In this document: one piece after another, positions 58,950-64,000 of the stretch
Layout: every line of letters begins with the position of its first letter
Numbering within the stretch: position 1 is the stretch's first letter
Source of the DNA: Erysipelotrichaceae bacterium
Lineage (GTDB): Bacteria; Bacillota_I; Bacilli_A; RFN20; CAG-826
Length of the DNA: 64,000 nucleotides
Reading direction: 5' to 3'
Assembly (NCBI GenBank): GCA_034932745.1
Contig: JAYFOJ010000003.1
Coordinates: forward strand, 80,307-144,306
Translations under genes and position numbers: made by a program
The notes under the pieces: generated by a model
Seen by the model: only the letters and a program-made list of their open reading frames with translations
Database searches by the model: none
Told to the model about the DNA's origin: nothing

Positions 58950-59812
58950 TTGTTCTCCAAATCGCTAGCATCAAAGGCGAAAGGAAGTAATTCTTTAGCG
59001 TTTGTTTCTTTTACTTTTCCTTTAAGGTTGGCCATCAAAATTGGTGCGTCAGAAGGATATAATTCAGAAATTACCTGTCTACATGCTCCACATGGCGAGC
59101 AAGGTTCATCGGTATCTGCTACAAGAGCAAACATTTCAAAATCTTCTTTCTTTTTTCCATGCATGATGGCGTTATATAAAGCGTTACGTTCGGCGCACAT
59201 ACTAAGAGGATAGGAAGCGTTTTCAACATTTGATCCCAAAAATACTTGCCCATCTTTACATAAGACTGCCGCCCCGACCGCAAAATGTGAATAAGGAGAA
59301 TGTGATAACTTCCTAGCTTCCATTGCTTTTTTGATAAGTTCTTCTTTTTTCATTTGATTTTCCTCATAAGATTTTAAAATCTTTTCTTGCAAAGGGAACA
59401 TTATATGTTCGTCTTCTATTTTCATGTGATCATAACCCAGTAAGTGAAGTAGACCATGGACGAAGAGAAATTGGAACTCTCTTTTTTCACTATGCCCATA
59501 TTCTTTTGCTTGCGCACTAGCTCGATCAATCGATATATAGATATCTCCTAAAACTACTTCAGATTTGCTTCTCAAGAGTTTTGCTCTATTCGAATTTCCA
59601 TCCAAGAAAGCAAACGAGATAACATCGGTTGGGCGATCGACATGACGATACTCCCGATTAATCGAATGAATCGCGATATCGTCTATCAAAGAGACGCTAA
59701 CGATAGGAGAGCATTTGATTTTTAAAGTCAATAGAGTCTGCTCTAAAAGGTCTAAGTAGACTTTTTCATAGACTTCGTATTCTTTTTTAATAGATGTAAA
59801 ATCTAATTCCAT
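58946..59812 (-). CDS. ybeY: Fusion of endoribonuclease YbeY and cytidine deaminase Cdd
   Basis: N-terminal half has HGLLHLLGYDH (YbeY); C-terminal half has CAERNA...PCGACRQ (Cdd); continuous 288-aa ORF. Confidence 0.85.
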   Translation of the reverse strand: MELDFTSIKKEYEVYEKVYLDLLEQTLLTLKIKCSPIVSVSLIDDIAIHSINREYRHVDRPTDVISFAFLDGNSNRAKLLRSKSEVVLGDIYISIDRASAQAKEYGHSEKREFQFLFVHGLLHLLGYDHMKIEDEHIMFPLQEKILKSYEENQMKKEELIKKAMEARKLSHSPYSHFAVGAAVLCKDGQVFLGSNVENASYPLSMCAERNALYNAIMHGKKKEDFEMFALVADTDEPCSPCGACRQVISELYPSDAPILMANLKGKVKETNAKELLPFAFDASDLENK

Positions 59813-59854
59813 AAATCGGGGCTTTATAATACCATAATCGCAACAAAGTGTTAA

Positions 59855-61054
59855 TCATTTTGAAGCCTTGTCCGTAAGGATGTTGATTAATTTTACCTTA
59901 ATAAAACGATGGTTTGCTATCGTTTTTGATAGTTTTAGCATATAACGTATTCCCTTTTTAAGCATTTCTAAGACGAAGAAGTAAAACACTATGTATTGGA
60001 AATTTATAATTCCGTCCATGAGCATTATTAAGATAATTGAAATAATTAAAATGAAGGACTCAAAAACCTTTTGAAAGTACTTGTAGTAACCATATTTGTA
60101 AGAAAGACTATGGAGCTTGAGTAAAAGCATATGCTTTTCTTCATTGTGAGATGATTTTTTCATCTGACTTTCTAACTGTTCTAATTCACTTCTACGTTTT
60201 TCTTCGTGTTTATTTAAAAATGATAAATCGAATAATTCGATGATAAGCACTACCGCGATTAAAAAAACATTGTGGTAATTATTTAATAAAAGAATAAATA
60301 TGATGAAGACGGACATTATAACCGAAGACACACTTGAAGTAATAATCGTGACAAATGACTTTTTGTAATCTTCGAGACGATCGACATATAAATCAAAATC
60401 ATTATTCGTAATGAGTTCTTTACTTTCGCATCTAGAATCGATCGCTTTCAGTATTTTAAATGAACGCGAACGGAAAATTAAATCTAGCGCCACCGCTAAA
60501 CCAAATGTAATAACCGATAAGCCAAACCAGATGTTCTTATCTAAAAACAGTATCCCAACCATCATTGCTATTGATGAAAGCAACTGAAAAATAATTGCCA
60601 ACGAAATACTTCTTTTACTTACAAACTTGTCGTTAAAAATCTTCGTATCATTCTTTTTATAATCGCTAACGACTAAGGCTGTTCTATCCCATTGGTCAAA
60701 AAAATCTTCCTTTCTTTTAGAAATAACACCTTTATTTGAGTCGAGATATGTGACTGATTTCTTTTTAATTTTAACGATTAGAACGGCGTGAAGAGTACAT
60801 TCTTCTTTTATCGAGACAATCGTCGGTTTGTTTTTAACAAATTGCGATAGTTCTTCGATTTTATCAAAACGTAATCCTTTTAAAATAACGCCTTCGTTAA
60901 TAGCGATTTCAGTTATTTCTTTATATGAATATGGTCCATGGTTTTCATCTTGTTTTAAATTAAGATAAGATGAATCTTTGAAAAGATTAGCAAGAAGATT
61001 CTTCAAGGAAGCAAATCCACAATCGTCTTTCGTTAATTGTTTAACATAGTGCAT
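59855..61054 (-). CDS. C39-family cysteine peptidase domain fused to a 5-6 TM domain resembling an ABC-exporter membrane domain, with no ATPase
   Basis: KQLTKDDCGFASLKNLL (catalytic Cys); CTLHAVLIVKI...YLDSNKG (His); TM helices from about aa 150 to the end; start at MHYVKQ after GGGAGG. Confidence 0.7.
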   Translation of the reverse strand: MHYVKQLTKDDCGFASLKNLLANLFKDSSYLNLKQDENHGPYSYKEITEIAINEGVILKGLRFDKIEELSQFVKNKPTIVSIKEECTLHAVLIVKIKKKSVTYLDSNKGVISKRKEDFFDQWDRTALVVSDYKKNDTKIFNDKFVSKRSISLAIIFQLLSSIAMMVGILFLDKNIWFGLSVITFGLAVALDLIFRSRSFKILKAIDSRCESKELITNNDFDLYVDRLEDYKKSFVTIITSSVSSVIMSVFIIFILLLNNYHNVFLIAVVLIIELFDLSFLNKHEEKRRSELEQLESQMKKSSHNEEKHMLLLKLHSLSYKYGYYKYFQKVFESFILIISIILIMLMDGIINFQYIVFYFFVLEMLKKGIRYMLKLSKTIANHRFIKVKLINILTDKASK

Positions 61055-61057
61055 TAA

Positions 61058-61088
61058 AAAACCTCCCATTACTATCTAGGGAGGCTTT
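61058..61088 (-). terminator. Terminator / SD-sequestering hairpin between the two membrane-module genes
   Basis: Minus-strand RNA agccuCCCuagauaguaaugGGAGGuuuuuu; the 3' arm is the SD of the C39 gene. Confidence 0.6.
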
Positions 61089-61097
61089 CATTAATTG

Positions 61098-62336
61098 CTA
61101 ATTTCCAACACTTCTTATTTTTGTTATTCGTGCTCGTTCAATAACCGAGATTGCAATTCCGGAAGCTAAAGATAAGAAGCCTTGCGCAAACGAAGTACTC
61201 GCACCACTTTCAACTTTTACTATGTAATTGTTTTGCAAATTAGCTGGATATAAACGATAAGTTCCAGAAGTAACGCTTACGAGAACTAAGTAAACAAGTC
61301 CGATGACAAATGCGGTAATCGTCGTGTTAAGAAGAGTCTTGGTATCGATTTCGTCGTGAACAAATCTAATTGCAACCCAGAACATGATTGTAGACCACAT
61401 AATGACAGCTATCGATAAAACTACGTCGAATAAGCTTAAAACGGATGTAGTAATTACGTAAACATCGCCATTTCCGATGAAATCACTTAAAGGTTTGATT
61501 GCAAAATATATTGGATTACATAATTCGATTAATTTCCCACTAGAATCGACGACTTTTAAGATTGGTTGTCCGCCAGATTGAATGTTCATGAGCGCAAAAG
61601 ATGCGATTATTATCGCTAATGCTCTTTCAATCGTCTGGAGAATCTTATCTTTTTCAAATTTCATGAATGTTTCAAATATTAAAGAAATGAATACGGTTAA
61701 TGAAATTAATGAAGTCAATATTTCAAGACCGAATCCGATGCCGATAAGCGAAGCATCAAATGACTGATTTGATAGATATGAAACTAAACTTGAAGAAAGA
61801 ATTGAATATAAAATGGTATTCGAAATCAAAACTATGACGCTATTCTTAAGCGATGGATCGGTCTCGTTTTTTAAAGCGGTTCTTGCATTAAGTATTCCTT
61901 TGATCCCAAAAACTATCGTAATGACTATATTAGTAATAATAAAGAGCAAAGAAATCGAAGCCGGTAAATATGCCTGTGCTCCCGTTCCATATGCTCCATT
62001 TTTAATATCGATCCAGATGCTATATAAGAAATAGCTAAAGTATCCAAAATCTCTACTAACCGAGCTATTATTAGCGCTGATTATCAAATTACCATTCAAT
62101 AGTGAAGTCCAAATTAGAAGCATAGCTAAAGAAAGGCTCACGATGATAAGAATTCCTTTGATTTTGATAAAAACAGCTTTGATTTTCTCTTTAGACTTAG
62201 TGAAAGGGTCTTTCAAAGCTTCATCGATTACTTCTGATTCAACGGTTTCGGTTTCGTCTACAGCTAATTCAATTCCGCAGCTTGGACAAAATCTTGCGTT
62301 TTTCGGTGTTGTAGCACCACATTTTGGGCACTTCAT
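61098..62336 (-). CDS. Double-zinc-ribbon (CPKCG...CPSCG) polytopic membrane protein, unknown function
   Basis: N-terminal Cys4 ribbon followed by about 8 hydrophobic helices; 412 aa. Confidence 0.65.
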   Translation of the reverse strand: MKCPKCGATTPKNARFCPSCGIELAVDETETVESEVIDEALKDPFTKSKEKIKAVFIKIKGILIIVSLSLAMLLIWTSLLNGNLIISANNSSVSRDFGYFSYFLYSIWIDIKNGAYGTGAQAYLPASISLLFIITNIVITIVFGIKGILNARTALKNETDPSLKNSVIVLISNTILYSILSSSLVSYLSNQSFDASLIGIGFGLEILTSLISLTVFISLIFETFMKFEKDKILQTIERALAIIIASFALMNIQSGGQPILKVVDSSGKLIELCNPIYFAIKPLSDFIGNGDVYVITTSVLSLFDVVLSIAVIMWSTIMFWVAIRFVHDEIDTKTLLNTTITAFVIGLVYLVLVSVTSGTYRLYPANLQNNYIVKVESGASTSFAQGFLSLASGIAISVIERARITKIRSVGN

Positions 62337-62397
62337 ATTGGGTTCTCCCCCAAGTATTATTATACTAATAATTAAAAAATACTAGGTGGTTTTAAAC

Positions 62398-63543
62398 TTA
62401 TTTAAACTTCTTCTTAAATTTTTCGAGCCAGGATTCCTTTGGAGAAATTCCACTTTTATAAGCTTCCAGCAATTGCTTTTGCTCTTTTGTTAATGTCGAC
62501 GGAATCATGACTTTGATCTTGAGATATTCATCCCCTGGTTTTTGCGTCTTAAGATCCTTAACGCCACAGCCTTTCATTCGAATCGTTGTTTCTGGTTGTG
62601 TTCCAGCGGGAATGTTCACCATGACATTGCCATAAACCGTTGGGACTTCGGCTTGAACTCCTAAACAAACATCGACAAAATCGATTGGTAATTCAATTTT
62701 GATATCGTTACCATCGCGTTCAAAAAGAGAATGTGGCTTAACGACGATTTCAATGTATAAATCTCCATTAGGACCGCCTTGAACTCCTCTTTCACCCTTA
62801 CCGGATACTCTAATTTGTTGACCATTAGAAATTCCGGCAGGAATATGTACTTTTAAGTCAATTTTAGTCTTAACAAATCCGCTTCCGTGACAATTCTCAC
62901 ATTTATTAGTGATTACTTTTCCAGTGCCACCACAAGTCGGGCAAACTTCTTGCGATTCAATAGCGCCGAACATCGTTCTTTTTTGTACCTTCACAAATCC
63001 ACTTCCACCACAATGTGAGCAGGTATGCACGTCGCTAGGAGTGGCCGCACCAGTACCACCACATTTTGGACAAGAAGAATCGTATGTATAAGGAACACTA
63101 ATATCTCGGCCTAAGATAGAATCCATGAAATCGACCTTGACTCTCATCACGACATCACTGCCACGACGTGGTCCGCTCTTTCGATAACTTCTGTTTGATG
63201 TTCCACCACCAAAGAATGATGAGAAAATATCTCCTAAATCAATTCCTTCCTCACCAAAAGGATTTCCACCAGAACTATTAAATCCACTAAAAGGATTAGC
63301 GCCTGGATTAGCACCAGCTTGATCAAAAGCGGCATGGCCGAATTGATCGTAGGCGGCACGTTTTTGGTCGTCGAAAAGTATATCGTAGGCCTCTTGAACC
63401 TCTTTAAACTTTGCTTCGTTGCCTGTTTCTTTGTTGTCAGGATGGTACTTTTTTGCTAATCGACGGTAGGCGGTTTTAATGTCGTCTTTTGTCGCGTTTT
63501 TATTAATTCCAAGTACCTCATATAAATCTTTTTTGTCCGCCAT
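62398..63543 (-). CDS. dnaJ: Chaperone DnaJ
   Basis: J domain (HPD); G/F region; CxxCxGxG repeats; 381 aa. Confidence 0.95.
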   Translation of the reverse strand: MADKKDLYEVLGINKNATKDDIKTAYRRLAKKYHPDNKETGNEAKFKEVQEAYDILFDDQKRAAYDQFGHAAFDQAGANPGANPFSGFNSSGGNPFGEEGIDLGDIFSSFFGGGTSNRSYRKSGPRRGSDVVMRVKVDFMDSILGRDISVPYTYDSSCPKCGGTGAATPSDVHTCSHCGGSGFVKVQKRTMFGAIESQEVCPTCGGTGKVITNKCENCHGSGFVKTKIDLKVHIPAGISNGQQIRVSGKGERGVQGGPNGDLYIEIVVKPHSLFERDGNDIKIELPIDFVDVCLGVQAEVPTVYGNVMVNIPAGTQPETTIRMKGCGVKDLKTQKPGDEYLKIKVMIPSTLTKEQKQLLEAYKSGISPKESWLEKFKKKFK

Positions 63544-63565
63544 AGAATTTCCTTTCTATTAGGTC

Positions 63566-63588
63566 AAAAGGGGCATTATGCCCCTTAA
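63566..63588 (-). promoter_or_regulatory. Intercistronic hairpin between dnaK and dnaJ
   Basis: aaggggcat-ta-atgcccctt. Confidence 0.5.
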
Positions 63589-63608
63589 GACCATGATGAT
63601 GTTAATGA

Positions 63609-64000
63609 CTAAGCGGCTGAACCGCCGTTTTTATCTTTTTTGGTAAAATCAGCATCGACAACGTCATCTGGATTTGAGCCAGGTGTCGCTTCATCGTTAC
63701 TTGCGGCTGATTTATTTGGTTGAGCGCCTTGCATGTATGCTGCAGCTTGCTCTAATTCTTTAATACGATTACGAAGGGTTTCGATATCGTTATTATCAAG
63801 AGCGGTTTTGAGTTCATCTCTTAACTTTTGTGTTTGTTCCTTTTGAACTGGTTCAAGACCGTCACCTTTTTCTTGCATCGCTTGATCGATTTCGTTGATG
63901 TAAGTTTCGGCTTTATTCTTGATTTCAACTTCGTCTTTTCTCTTTTCGTCGGCATCTTTATTTTCTTCAGCTTCGCGCACCATACGGTCGATATCGGCTT
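63609..64000 (-). CDS. dnaK: Chaperone DnaK, C-terminal part (gene runs off the window)
   Basis: C-terminal lid/tail sequence ...EIDQAMQEKGDG...; frame open to the window edge. Confidence 0.85.
   Translation of the reverse strand, partial: ADIDRMVREAEENKDADEKRKDEVEIKNKAETYINEIDQAMQEKGDGLEPVQKEQTQKLRDELKTALDNNDIETLRNRIKELEQAAAYMQGAQPNKSAASNDEATPGSNPDDVVDADFTKKDKNGGSAA

Overview
This is an AT-rich, low-GC Gram-positive-type chromosomal window from a Bacillota/Mollicutes-like organism using the standard genetic code (TGA terminates recO). It is almost entirely conserved housekeeping genes in Bacillus-like synteny. On the + strand: engB, T-box-valS, radC, rplU-prp-rpmA, obg, ruvAB, secDF, recJ, three lipoproteins, relA, hisS-aspS, tkt, asp23-nusB-xseAB-dxs, dinB, xerC/D-family recombinase, deoB. 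On the - strand: yqeG-yqeH-yhbY-nadD::yqeK, parE-parC, yneF, efp, nadE, rpmG, nfo-cshB, yqfO-trmK-sigA-dnaG-glyQS, recO-era-ybeY::cdd, dnaJ-dnaK(partial). No rRNA, tRNA, CRISPR, IS or prophage signatures were seen. Eight things break the conserved pattern. (1) A two-gene membrane module (zinc-ribbon polytopic membrane protein plus a C39 peptidase fused to an ABC-exporter-like membrane domain with no ATPase) is inserted between dnaJ and ybeY-cdd, separated by a terminator hairpin whose 3' arm is the downstream SD. (2) A conserved ~30-nt stop-rich element (TTAGTAG-NN-AATTAGTAG...) recurs immediately 3' of several unrelated genes. (3) A solitary MazF/PemK-like toxin with an N-terminal extension is followed by a 386-nt non-coding gap. 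(4) Glutamine-dependent NAD synthetase carries an N-terminal Phd/YefM-like domain. (5) There are gene fusions ybeY::cdd and nadD::yqeK. (6) hisS has a Cys/His-rich C-terminal tail. (7) A lipoprotein island with tandem 21-nt repeats replaces apt between recJ and relA. (8) Only valS carries a T-box leader.
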